A stretch of 64,000 bases of DNA from Callorhinchus milii. Lineage: Eukaryota. The stretch is taken from NCBI RefSeq assembly GCF_018977255.1, contig NW_024704742.1:11036001-11100000 (forward strand). Reading direction: 5' to 3'. Shown piece by piece: positions 12,300 to 23,830 of this stretch. The notes under the pieces were generated by a model. That model had not been told where the DNA came from. It saw only the letters and a program-made list of their open reading frames with translations, and did not search any database. The position numbers and the translations under genes are program-made. Position 1 is the stretch's first letter, and each line of letters starts with the position of its first letter.

Positions 12300-12852
12300 T
12301 GAAATCAAATGTCCCTAAAACCCTTATTCACGCCTTTATCTCCCATCTGAAATTTTCAAATGTGCTCCTTGCTGATTTCCCCAACTTCACAGTCCATAAA
12401 TTCCAGACTATCCAAAACTCTGTGCCTGCAAACCCATCTGCACCAAACTCCACACAGCCATCACCGCAGTCCTCGGCATGCTCTGCTGACTCCCAGTGGA
12501 TTGACTTCCAGATCTCCCTCTCACCTATAAATCCCTTAAGCCCAGTGCCCCCATATCTCTAATCTACTATTGAATTCCTCTGTTTGACCCCTCTACTTGG
12601 CTGACTTGGGCATGTTACATGTTTCTCTGCCCACCATCAACGCCCGAGATTTCAGCCACTATGTCTCCAACCTTTGGAATTCACTCACTTTATCTCTCCA
12701 CCTCGCCTGCTGAAATCCTACCGTTTTGGCCACACCTATGGTCTAATCTCAACCTTCCTCTTCTGCTTTGCTTGGCAATCGACCTCAATCTTTGTGAATT
12801 ATTTCACAACGTTATTCTACATAAAGAGTGTTACATGAATTCAAGTTGTATA
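12300..12852 (+). mobile_element. Old L2 LINE fragment
   Basis: Pyrimidine-rich decayed ORF2 C-terminus (CTTATTCACGCCTTTATCTCC, ATCCAAAACTCTG, TTCAGCCACTATG...TGGAATTC) and tail-like end. Confidence 0.6.
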
Positions 12853-13462
12853 TTTTGAACCAGATGCAATATTACACCACTAATGCTGTGCTGTATAACA
12901 ACTTTTTTAAAAAAAATTAATATTTACAAACCGCATGGGTGATTCTGTCTGGAACCTGATATTTCCACATTCCCAGGGAGTTGTGAGCTATTATGCCAAG
13001 GAAGCAACTAGTCAGTGATATTGCTAAACTGGTTATCACCATGGCCAATAGAAAAGTGTGGCCTCAATTTTTTCGTATAATCCGCTACAAACACTCTCCC
13101 GTCTCCTCACCTCTGCCCAATCCCCCTCCGCTACACACACACACACCTCCGCTATGAACACCCTCAGAACTGAATGACTAAAGTATAATATTAATAATTG
13201 TGCACAGCAGTGGCCCACAAACAGTTATGGATTGAGTTACAATTTATTATTCACTACAATTTTTGAAGGGATTATTTCTCCCGGAAAAGTGATCCGCCAT
13301 AATAATCATGATAGTAATAGAAAAAATAGTAGTTTATTTTCTTCTTAATGGACATTAGATGATACTGCTTGATGTAAATCTGTCTATTTTTCTGGTGATC
13401 TCTGTTGATAATATTGAAAAGGATTCTGGCAGTATAGCAGCACCATTGGGAAACAGAGACGA

Positions 13463-13762
13463 TAATAATCCTTGCATTTTTGATATAGATTCATAGATTC
13501 ATAGAATGTTACGGCACAGAAAGAGGCCATTCGACCCATCGAGTCTGTGCGGCTCTTTGACAGAGCAAGTCACTTTCACTAACCCCAATCACCAGCTTTC
13601 TCCCCGTAACCCTGCAAACCCGTCTTCCCCAGATACCTATCCAGTTCTCTCTCTTGGGCCTTATCAGGCCTTCGAGACATCTCAAAGCATTTTACAGAAT
13701 ATACTGTAAAGTGGATTGACTGTATATTTTGTGAGCAAAACGCAACAGCCAATTGCGCACAA
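13463..13762 (-). mobile_element. SINE 3' part split by a nested CR1 3' end (~13486-13655)
   Basis: SINE tail TAATAATCCTTGCATT..GATATAG is interrupted by ATTCATAGATTCATAGAATG...GAGGCCATTCGACCCATCG and resumes at GCCTTATCAGGCCTTCGAGAC. Confidence 0.85.
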
Positions 13763-13763
13763 C

Positions 13764-13963
13764 AAACTCACTCTTTAATTTCTGAGGGAGCCTTATTTCT
13801 GTAATCCCTATAAAATCAAGAGTTTAAGCTATTATGTAAACTCCAGTTCACGAATTGAGTTAAAGGAACATCGGTGGCCAAGCATTCAGCCACTATGCCC
13901 CCACTCTCTGGAAATTCCTCTCAAAATGCCTCCGCCTCAACCTCTCTCTATTCTTGAAAACCT
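13764..13963 (+). repeat. ~200-bp local direct duplication, copy 1
   Basis: Aligns end to end with 14659-14854 at roughly 90% identity by eye. Confidence 0.9.
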
Positions 13964-13964
13964 G

Positions 13965-14081
13965 TATGCTGTATGATTCTATAGCGGGCCAGTGGGATTG
14001 AGTTGATTGCACTTTTAGGAGCTGGCGCAGACACGATGGGCCGAATGGCCTCTTTCCGTGCTGTATGATTCTATGATTCTA
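13965..14081 (+). mobile_element. CR1 3' UTR/tail
   Basis: GATGGGCCGAATGGCCTCTTTCCGTGCTGTATGATTCTATGATTCT, the CR1 hairpin plus 8-bp terminal repeat. Confidence 0.85.
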
Positions 14082-14658
14082 AGAGTAGGATTGGGTCACA
14101 GCAATGTGTCATGTGAACACATGACTGGTATCCTTGCTGTATTCATAGGAGGGACACTTTCTTTCATAACATACAGTACTTGTGGCTTAAGAACATAAAG
14201 CAAAGAATGAAAGAGACATTTGGCCCATCAAGCAAGTTCTACCTATAGAACCGAACATAGCATCTACTTCTACACTTTGGACTTTCCTGAGGCCTAAAAC
14301 CCCAACTTCTCATAGCCTATAAGTCCATCATATCTTAACATTTGTAAGGTAGCACAATATTGTGGAAAATTTAAAATTCCATTATTGAGGAGCTGGCTAT
14401 CAAATGAAGACTAAAATTTAAGAATTTGAAGGGCAGGAGGAGGGAGGATTAATTTATTTTGTAAATGATACGGAATATACACTGCTATTCCTCTTCCTGC
14501 GTTTTCCGCGCTTCCTGAGAAGAGAGACACATGCTTTCGTAGCCATATGATGGTATGAGAAAGGCCAGGGCAATGTGATTCAGATATGCCAAGTTTTAAT
14601 AAACTCAGTGGGTTGAGTGGTCTCCTGTTTTCATGAACTTCCTCTATCCCTTCGTATT

Positions 14659-14854
14659 AAACTCACTCTTAGTTTCTGAGGGAGCCTTATCTGTAATGCC
14701 TATAAAATCAAGAGTTTCAGCTACTTTATAAACTCTAGTTGACGAATTGAGTTAAAGGAACATCGGTGGCCAAGCCTTCAGCCACTATGCCCCCACTCTC
14801 TGGAAATTCCTCTCAAAATGCCTCCGCCTCAATCTCTCTGTATCCTGAAAACCT
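14659..14854 (+). repeat. ~200-bp local direct duplication, copy 2 (runs into an L2 3' end to ~14968)
   Basis: Matches 13764-13963; second half translates IGGQAFSHYAPTLW (L2). Confidence 0.9.
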
Positions 14855-16819
14855 ACCTTTTTGTTTGTGTTTGAGGTCATCTCCCTCCTGCTTGTCCAGC
14901 ACCATCTTTGTCAAGCCTTTTGAGATGTTATCCTGCATAAAAGACACTGTATAAATGTGAAGTTGTTAACTGTATTCTTAACTTTTTGTCTGTTTTATTT
15001 GCTTGCATATTCAGCAACAACTTAAGAATGATATTGCATCCTCTGTGCAAAAAAGTCTTATTGTTTTAGGGATTGAAATCATTTCAAAAAAAGTAAATGT
15101 TGTGATGCAGATGTGTAGTTTATAAAGATGACTCTGTCTGGTTCTTTACATTTTTTCTATGACCCAATTGATCGCAGATTGTGGCTTTTCAACACTTACA
15201 AGCAATGACATCACTACATCAATCTTGTGAATATCCAAATCTTAGAAATGGAGACCTTGATAAGTGAGGAATGCAAGGTATCAGTTAGTAATATTTTCAA
15301 TTGGGCTTTCATCCTACAGTTTACAGTTATTTCATCATTAAGTCCCTAAATTTAATGATNAAAAAAATCCTGTGAAGAGCTTTGAGATGTCCTCCAGGCA
15401 TAAGGCAGGCACTATATGAAATGGAAGGATGNTTTTTTTGTTAGTAGTAGTAGTTATTAGGAAATTGGGTGAGGAGTGCTTTAACACACATTGTAATCTT
15501 GTTATAATATTCCGCGCACTTGATATAGTGCCTTATCCCATTGGCCAAAGTCTCAATACATTTCACAGGAGTTTTACTGCAAAGTGGGGTGATTACATAG
15601 ATGAACATTATTTAAGGATCGGAATGCGTTTAGGATCATTACAATTTTGTTTCTTATAATTATACTGGGAATTTGCTGTTTCTTTCAAAGATTTATGATA
15701 ATCTTGAGGCTACAGCTTTATATTAATTTCCAGACAATAAACCTGCTTTCTCTTCCCTCTTGATGGCTTGTTCCACTAATTTGCTCTGACTTGCCTCTTA
15801 TTATATAAAATAGCATCTCGAGTGTTGTATAATGCCTGAAACCTATTTGATACTATGAAGTAGATTACCAAGTTGAGACCTAGACACTAGCTTCTTTTAA
15901 TAAATAGCTTGGTGCTGTAATGAGAGTGCAGTAAGGCTGATTTTTGAACGAATGAGATCAAATGGGACGTTCTTTATCTGAGCCTCTCAATATCTTATGA
16001 TCTCTGTTTTTACTTGCCTCTTTTTTCTACTCTTCTTGCTGTGATTCAATCTTGATCAGCATCATTCTCCTCCTCTCTTATCTTCTCCCTGACAAGAGTC
16101 TCCTCCAGTCTGTTCCCATTCTCAGCTGTCTCTGTTGTAGAGTCTTGAATCAGCCACGTATCATTTGAGAAGCCTTCACACGTATTTCCCCATGAGCATA
16201 TGAATCTTTCTCCATAACTCCACTCTCTTCTCCTTCCAGCTCTTTAAATAGCAAACCATCTTTGTTGGTCTGAAACCTTCAACTCTGACAACCATACATG
16301 GATCGCTAGAGCTCACAGGCCTGTGCTCCCTCTTCCATTCTGATTGTTTTATAAACCATTCACAACCTTACGCACCTCTTAACCTATTTGTGAAGTTGAA
16401 GAAAAAAGTTGGAAGCCAAAATGATTTTAATCCTGCTGAAATAATAGGGCTGCTGCTCTTTAGATCTATTTTCTAAATGGACTGTAAGAATTTTTTATTG
16501 AACTGAATGAAGACGGATTTGTATTTCCTGCTTAACCAAAAACCAAGGCCTCCTCACACCTCCTGAACTAAAAGTGATTTAGCCTTAATTGATATTCAAT
16601 TGGCCTAAAAGTGATGATTGATTTTGTAGATAACATGTCTGTGTTGCACACATTGTTCGATGGTGATCTCTGACCTTGGCTCACATTGTATGCTACAACT
16701 CACTTCTGGTTACTTCACTGACTCACTTGAAGCTCGCTAATTTTCAAGTAGTCTTTTATTTCCTGCTGTTCAAAGTACCCACAGACATAGCTCCCTGCAT
16801 CTCTTTGTGTTTATAATAC

Positions 16820-17060
16820 GGTTGTTGGTCAATTGGTAGATTGCTTTTCCAGGGGTATTAATTTTTTCAAAATAAATAATAATAATTTGGTCCCTCAATC
16901 CATGACTGATTGTGGGACACTGCTGTGTGGAATTGGCTGTTGCGTTTTGCCCACAAAATATACTGTCAATTCACTTTACAGTATATTCTGTGAAGCGCTT
17001 TGAGACGTCTCGAAGATGTGATAAGGCGCTATATCAAATGCAAGTATTATTATTATTATA
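16820..17060 (+). mobile_element. SINE, long subfamily, head missing
   Basis: GGTTGTTGGTCAATTGG...GTGAAGCGCTTTGAGACGTCTCGAAGATGTGATAAGGCGCTATATCAAATGCAAG(TATTAT). Confidence 0.88.
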
Positions 17061-17791
17061 AACTGGAGATACACCAATACATTGCTTCACCTGCCCTGTT
17101 TGCGCCTTTTGGGAGACGCTCAGTTCTGGCAGCTTGAGAAGCAGTGAGAAATTGCTTTGGCCTGCAGCAGCAGTTACCAGTTAGTAAAACATTTTCTTAT
17201 AATCTTTCTGGCCAGTCCAAACTCCCACGACAAAACGTTTTATATTGTTTCTTTTAACTCTGGAGCTTCAATCATCTTTCACAGTGAAGCCACCGCCAGT
17301 CGTTAATTAATATTGGTGTATAATTAATGTTCCACTCCACTGAATTGGCTATTTAATAAAAGATATACCATTAATGTAATATATAATGCACCACATTTTA
17401 TAGCATAGTAGAAGATGAAGCATTTACATCACGTCAAACACTTTTTTTCTGTAGGCAGTATTTTATTAACGAATTAAGTTATTCGATAACAGAATCTAAC
17501 TTTGGATGATTCAATATATATTTTTTGCTCCTTTTCCAAAAAAAAGCTGCTTTGGAAAATATTTGAAGTCAACAATAAGATGAGATAGATTTTACAAGGA
17601 TGTCTTCAAGGATTTCTTAGTTAAGAAAGTTGTGATACTGACTTCCATATTCCACTTAGATCAATTTTCAGAACAGGGTTCATTTGAAGTCAGTGATGGA
17701 TTTCCAGTTACATGAGGGTTTCTTCAATCTGGATTGACTATTCACGAAATCTACATGGGTAAAGAAATACTTCCTGGCTGACATTATATTT

Positions 17792-18152
17792 TAATGATCC
17801 TTGAATTTGAAATAGCACCTTATAAGGTCTTTGAGATGTCTCAAAACGCTTCATAGAATATATGGTTAAGTGAATTGACTGTATATTTTGTGGGCGAAAT
17901 GCAGCAGCCAATTGCGCACAGCAGTGTCCCACAAACAGTCGTGGATTGAGATATCAAATTATTATTATTTTTTTTGAACAGATTATTAGTCCCGGAAAAG
18001 TGATCTGCCAATCGACTAACAACCGAGTTCCTACTTGTGCTAGGTAAACACAGGCGTGTGGAGTAAAGAAACTTGCCCAACATTTCACCCTGCCTGGAAT
18101 CAAACCCTGGTCCTCTCACTTGCGAGGCAATTGCTCTAACCACAAAACTGCA
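17792..18152 (-). mobile_element. tRNA-derived SINE, long subfamily
   Basis: Head, internal CTAGCACAAGTAGGAAC segment, body and tail on the reverse strand. Confidence 0.9.
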
Positions 18153-18628
18153 CATTGCCCTTTGTCCTCATTCTTTGCATACCTGAAAGTAATTCACATG
18201 ATTCTATGTGGAGGCACTGTTTTCTGTGGTGGTGGTGGTGTGTGGGTGGTGGGGGGGTGAGGGTTAGTACCAATGACTGTGTCAATTGAGGTTTGTTTTG
18301 TATTGGTTTGAAGGCAGTTTTGCACTGTTAGTTTGTAATCACCATTTTTGAGAAGCTAGGGAGAGAGGGACAAAGAATTATCATAGTTTGACAGTACATG
18401 AACATCTGCTCATTTGCATTTTCTATCAGTTCTATGGTATTGATGTATTCCCGATCTACTGCTGTTGAGTCAAGAAAGCAAAGCCACCTGTAGGCTGACT
18501 GCTGTCTGAGTTGCCATTTCCTAGCCTCTGACTAGCAGATCACACTTTCTCAGCTCCATCTAGGCAACATCATCGACCTCTCTTTACCATCTGAAATTGC
18601 ACGTTTGCCCTTTCAAAACTGCCATCAT

Positions 18629-19162
18629 CAACAACAACAACAACAAGATTCCATTTATAGAGCGCCCTTCACGTCGAGAGGACATCCCAAGGCGCTGTAC
18701 AGTTGCGTCAGGACCCGAGCAGGGGGAAAATGTTCAGGGTGAGGGGAGGGAAGGGAGGGAGCGAGGAGGGGGTAGAGAGTCGAGAGGGGAGCTGAAGGCA
18801 CGGTCAAAGAGAAAGGTCTTGAGACCAGCATTGAAGGAGGAAAGGGAGGAGGCAGTGAAGGCACTGGGGGATAGAGTTCCAGAGCCTAGGGGCTGAGAGG
18901 CTGAAGGCCCGGCCACTGATGGTAGGGCGGTTGAGGCGGGGGATGTGGAGCAGACCGGAACCAGAGGAATGGAGGGTACGGGCAGGTAGGTAGGGGGATA
19001 GTAGGTCGGAGAGGTAGGAGGGAGCAATGCCGTGAATGGCCTTGTAGGTGAGGATGAGGATCTTGAATTCGATCCTCTGAGGGATGGGGAGCCAGTGGAG
19101 GCGAGCGAGGGTGGGAGTGATGTGGTCCCGAAGCCTGGTGTGGGACAGTACATGAGCTGCAG
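18629..19162 (-). mobile_element. Young L2 LINE, 5'-truncated 3' end
   Basis: HITPTLARLHWLPIPQRIEFKILILTYKAIHGIAPSYLSDLL...GRAFSLSAPRLWNSIP is the L2-clade ORF2 C-terminus; (TTG)n tail; highly similar to 57046-57477. Confidence 0.93.
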
Positions 19163-20568
19163 AGATCATCATCCCCACCACTAATATAAAAGGTAACATG
19201 CTGTAGCCACAAATACAACGTTTACAGTTTCAGACCTCGGAGTGCAGAAACAAACACTTTTTTATGAACACTTTCTGAGGTCAAGTAAATAGCACACAGG
19301 ATGCAGAGAGAGGCTCCACTGGCCCATTTGCGAAATCCAGGATCAGGCAGTGAATTTGTGGTAAGCAGCTGCAGGAAGGAAGGACAACAGCTTTACAGGC
19401 AGCTTCACAGCAGGCACCTCTATTTTCCAAGTCCCCTTGCTTGGGAATCTGGATTAAGCAACTGGTGCTGAGTAAGCCTGGTACGTGACATTGGACTTGG
19501 ATCTTGAGAACATCAAGGTGGCTGGCACCTCACAAGCTGTCCTATAAAGGTCTTCCCACTACACTGAAGGCAGATGTCCACCAGATAGCTGATGAGGAAA
19601 CTCTGAGGCTTGGAAGATGTTACCTGGAGTCTCAGTTTGTAAACACACATTGTTACATTCAGCTCCTGAAATCCATCTTGTTTGGTCTACAGAGAGGTAA
19701 CAGCTGCTGCTCAAGCTCCACATATCCAACCGTGAAACCATCGCTCAATGGGAAGGGTCATGAGCTGTGGGCAGGAAGATCATAGCAATGCTCTCATGGC
19801 ATTTCTCTCATGGCTGAGCTGTGTTGCCCACCAAATAGCTAGCAGGGAGTTCCTGTTACCTGCCATCCATCCAATGAGGGCTCAAGCATGTGCTTGCCAG
19901 ATGTCAAATGACCAACTAATCCTGATCACATTCTTGGGGGTGGGGGTGTGTGGTAAACAGGGTCTCCTTGGAGCTGAATTGGCTCCAAGGTGATATGTTT
20001 GGCAATGAAATGTCAGAATTCAGCCGATCCTCTGTGGTGGTCTTGGTGGTTCAGTCTGCAGTACTCGAGGACTGCTGCACTGCTGATGACAGCCCAGCCA
20101 GGCTGGTTCATTGGCAAGACTTGCAAAGGTAGACCAGTCACTGGAGGTGCACACTTTTCCCACTCAGCTCCTATTAATCCTGCAAGTCAAAGCACAAATG
20201 CATGGGATGGTCCTAGCTGGATAAGCAACCAGAAAAAATAATCAAGACTGCCATTGTTGGGGAACTTGTCCTATTAATGCTGTACTGTACATAAAGTACA
20301 AATTTACATGTATAGTGCATTTGACATTGGGAGGAATTTCCAAGATGATGCACAGTTTAGGGTTTGCAACTGAGCCAGGTGAGGAAGCCAGAGGCGGTAG
20401 GCGAGAAAGTTGGCTGAAGGCGCAGTCAAGGGGAAGGTCTTGAGGTGAACCTTGAAGGAAATGTGGGAAGGAGTGAGTTGAAGAATCTGGGATGGCATTC
20501 CAGTGTGTGAGGACAAAAATACTGAAAACCCATGAAGGGAAGAGTTGGGTAATATGGCGACGGAGTTA

Positions 20569-20854
20569 TAATAATAATGATCCTTGCATTTGATATAGCA
20601 CCTTATCATGTCAAGCGCTTCACAGAATATACTGTATTTTGTTAAGCAAAATACGGCAGCCAATTGCAAACAGCAGTGTTCCACAAACAGTCATGGATTA
20701 TTATTGTTACTTTTTTTGAAGTAATTATTATCCCTGGAAAAGTGATCCGCCAATCGACTAACAACCAGGTTCCTAATTACTGCTCGGTAAACAGAGGCAC
20801 GTGGAGTAAGGAAACTTGCCCAAAGTTTTGCCCTGCCCAGGTCTCTCGCTTGCA
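20569..20854 (-). mobile_element. SINE, long subfamily, partially deleted
   Basis: TCCTTGCATTTGATATAGC...GTGGAGTAAGGAAACTTGCCCAA on the + strand. Confidence 0.85.
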
Positions 20855-20859
20855 CCACA

Positions 20860-21385
20860 GGAGTTGGTGCACTCTAACCTGGACGTGATGAATGTGTGGA
20901 TCTCGATGACCAGAGGAGAGAAGTAGTGACAGAGGCAGGCAATGTTACGGAGGTAGGGGAAAGCTGAATGGGTCAGAGTGTGAGGTTTAGAGTACAGTTG
21001 AGAATCAAAAAAGTCACCAAGGTTCTGCACCATCTCCCCGAGATGGCATGTGATTTCAAGCAGTTTAATGCTGTCAGCACATGAGGGGAGAACGTGCTGA
21101 TGGGAGCTAATCAAGAGGCTCCCTTCAGCGCCTGTCTTGTCTACATTCAACTGGAGAAAGTTAGGTCTCATTCAAGATTTGATGTCTGACAGATAATCAG
21201 TCAGAACAGCAGTGATCCTGGAGTCAAGAGTGGAGGCAGAGGGATTGAGTTGGGTGTCATCTGCATACACATGGAAGTTAATCCCATTTCTGCGGATGAT
21301 ATCGCCCAGCGGGAGCATTTAGATATTAAAAAGAAAGCAGAGGATCAAGGATAGATTCCTGAGGAATGCTGCATGTGACAATGCT
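20860..21385 (-). mobile_element. L2 LINE reverse transcriptase fragment (pseudogenised)
   Basis: Reverse translation MLPLGDIIRRNGINFHVYADDTQL (RT catalytic YADD), then NFLQLNVDKT, NLG..FDSQL, IHTFITSRLE; contains stops and frameshifts. Confidence 0.9.
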
Positions 21386-21894
21386 AACCTCATACTCTAT
21401 TACCTTTCACCATGTATGATAACATGATTGGGATAGAAGGATTCACAGGGCTTTTCATGTTTGGATTTTGTAATGAACTGTAGCTCATATTGTTTAAATG
21501 ATAGCAAACGACTGGCAGTGGGCTTAACTTTTAATCAAGTCAAGTAGTTCACTTTCTGTTTGCTTGCAGCTCGGCTTCTGTCTAGTTTTACCAGTGGAAT
21601 CACTGGACTCAATTCAATTACTGCCATGAATCAGTCTGCTGGCTATTTATTAACAGATATTAGATACCCAGCACAAGAAATTGATCAATTTGATGTAAAT
21701 ACACTTCTGATTTGATGCACACCGAACAGATCTTAATCACAATACTATTACTTATCCAGATGCAGGTTTTAAGTCTACCAAACAACATTCTTCTCTCAGC
21801 CTGCATCCTTGTTGCGTTGATATCAAAACTAATGCAGGGAATGGAAGGGTAGAGGAGAGAGGAATAGAAGGGGTGGGGGCTCATGTGGAGTATT

Positions 21895-22015
21895 AACAAT
21901 AATAAAAATAATAATAATAATCCTTGCATCTGAAGCCTTATCATGTCTTCGAGACATCACAAAGTGCTTCACAGAATATACTGTAAAGTGAATTGGCTGT
22001 ATATTTTGTGGGTGG
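21895..22015 (-). mobile_element. SINE 3' tail fragment
   Basis: (AAT)n CCTTGCAT...GCTTCACAGAATATACTGTAAAGTG. Confidence 0.85.
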
Positions 22016-23603
22016 AGCATCGGCATGACCTAGTTAGGCTGAATAGCTTGTTTATGTGTGATATAATTCCATGTGTTTCAGAGAGAATTCCTTCCCTCTC
22101 TCCCTCTTACTATCTGCAGATTTTGAAAAACTGGTGAGGCCTCACTAGCCCATCTTAACTCATTTCCTCTCCTACCTTTTTGAAACCTTGGTGTTATTTC
22201 CTCCAGGGGATGGCTTTTTATTTAATACTTCACTGGCCTGACCTGTGTTTAAATGTGGCATCAACTCTGCTTTAAAGTGTGAACACAGTCAAAAGGGGGG
22301 AGGTGCAATTTTGGTCCATGATTTGCTATTTTCTGCTGAGCCTTAATTTGCATCTCTTTTGACACTTTTTCTTTCAAAGAACAATTTCTTTAAAAGGACA
22401 GTGGCATCATGAAGAAGTAACAGCAAACAAAACAATTAATTAAAAACAAAACAAATGTGAAATGCAGTAAGTCACCAAACTACTTGTAGATTATATCACT
22501 GTGAACGAAAGGTCATCTGCCTCTTATGGTCATGTTTCTACATCAAACTAACAATTCACAATAAAGATTGCCATTTTTTTAAAATGACAAGACAATGACA
22601 TTTACTTACTCCAGCATGTCTAGTAAGGTCCAATGAAGTGAATGAACAATTCATCTGGTTAGCTGTTTACCAGAGACACAAGGAGAAACTCCCTTCTTCC
22701 CTAATGTTATACGATCTTTAAAATAGTCATCTTTTTGCTGCATGTTACATTATTTGAGATTTGTCAGAGTGTTGTGATTTGATAGTTGCACATTAAACAA
22801 AGTCACTCCACTTCGTGGTATATGCTGTTAAATGCTCTGGGAAGCTAACCCATGTGAAGGGAGCTATATAAATGCATGTTGTTGCTGTTAAGTGCTTTCA
22901 GACGCTTCCCAAGGTGGAAGATGCTGTACCAAATATAATATTATTAAATGGCAACCTTGATCATTTGCCATTCAGCAGAGGAATCATCGTTCACAATTGT
23001 AAAGACATGCTGAAAATATCACTATTTTAAATGATACTTGTTTGTTAATTCCATTCCATCTTTTTGAGATTTCCGTGTAAAGTATAACCACTTGACAGCT
23101 GGGCCACAAGAAAGCCTTTACTGAATACAACTTCAATGGGGGAGCCCTGCATTGTCAGAGGTGCCAATTTTTGAATGTTAAAGATCGCATGACATTATTT
23201 GAGAAGAGGAGGAGGTTCTCCCAGTGTCCCTGATGTCCCTGGTGAACAGCTCACCAGATGAATTGTTCATTCACTTCATGGGAGCTTACTAGACCTGTTG
23301 TATTTACCTATAAAAAGTGGTCACAACACTTGACTGTAATTACTCTGAAGGGCTGAAACAAATTCAAGTAATTTCTTGAGTCGACATTTTATAAGATGCA
23401 CTGTTTCAGTGGCGTGTGCCTTACCACAGAACAGCTTTGTGAAGTATCACTTGTCCTTGCTGGGCAATCAGGAAATCTTCAATCTCCACTTGGCATTGTG
23501 GCTAAATAGCATGTTAATGACTCTCTCCCCACCCCACCAAAATAATGAATTTCTCCCCACCCCTCAAGGAACCTCTCCCCAGTAACCAACAGTTTGTTTC
23601 TGT

Positions 23604-23830
23604 AAACAAAAGACATAATACTGCAGGTGCTGAAAATCTTAGATAAAAACAGAAGTCACTGGGAACACGCAACAGGTCGGCAACATCAACAAGAGAGAGG
23701 AAAATTAGTTAACATTTCAGGTTGATGAAACGTTCTGATAAAGGGTCGACCTGAAATGTTAACTCACTTTCCTCTCTCTTGTTGATGTTGCCTGACCTGG
23801 TGCGGGTTCTCAGTGACTTCTGTTTTTATC
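23604..23830. mobile_element. Palindromic non-autonomous element with degenerate hammerhead motif (Penelope-like derived)
   Basis: Inverted arms 23642-23725 and 23746-23830; central GTT-CTGATAA-AGGGTC-GACCT-GAAA-TGTT-AAC; flanking direct repeat AGTTTGTTTCTGT / AGTTAGTTTCTGT (13 bp, 1 mismatch). Confidence 0.75.

Noticed and set aside
15360-15432. Single N bases at 15360 and 15432
   Set aside because: Both sit beside homopolymer runs and are most likely base-calling ambiguity.
18734-19218. Overlapping 110-139 aa ORFs, including Pro/Ser-rich ones
   Set aside because: One frame is L2 ORF2 C-terminus; the others are alternative frames of C-rich L2 sequence.
19966-19990. Hairpin CCTTGGAGC...GCTCCAAGG, and the 14-bp palindrome at 37341-37354
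   Set aside because: Stems of 7-9 bp are expected a few times by chance in a window of this size.
20083-20110. CTGATGA followed by a CAGCC/GGCTG stem (also CTGATGA at 19589 and 29832) as hammerheads
   Set aside because: The required GAAA after stem II and stems I/III are missing.
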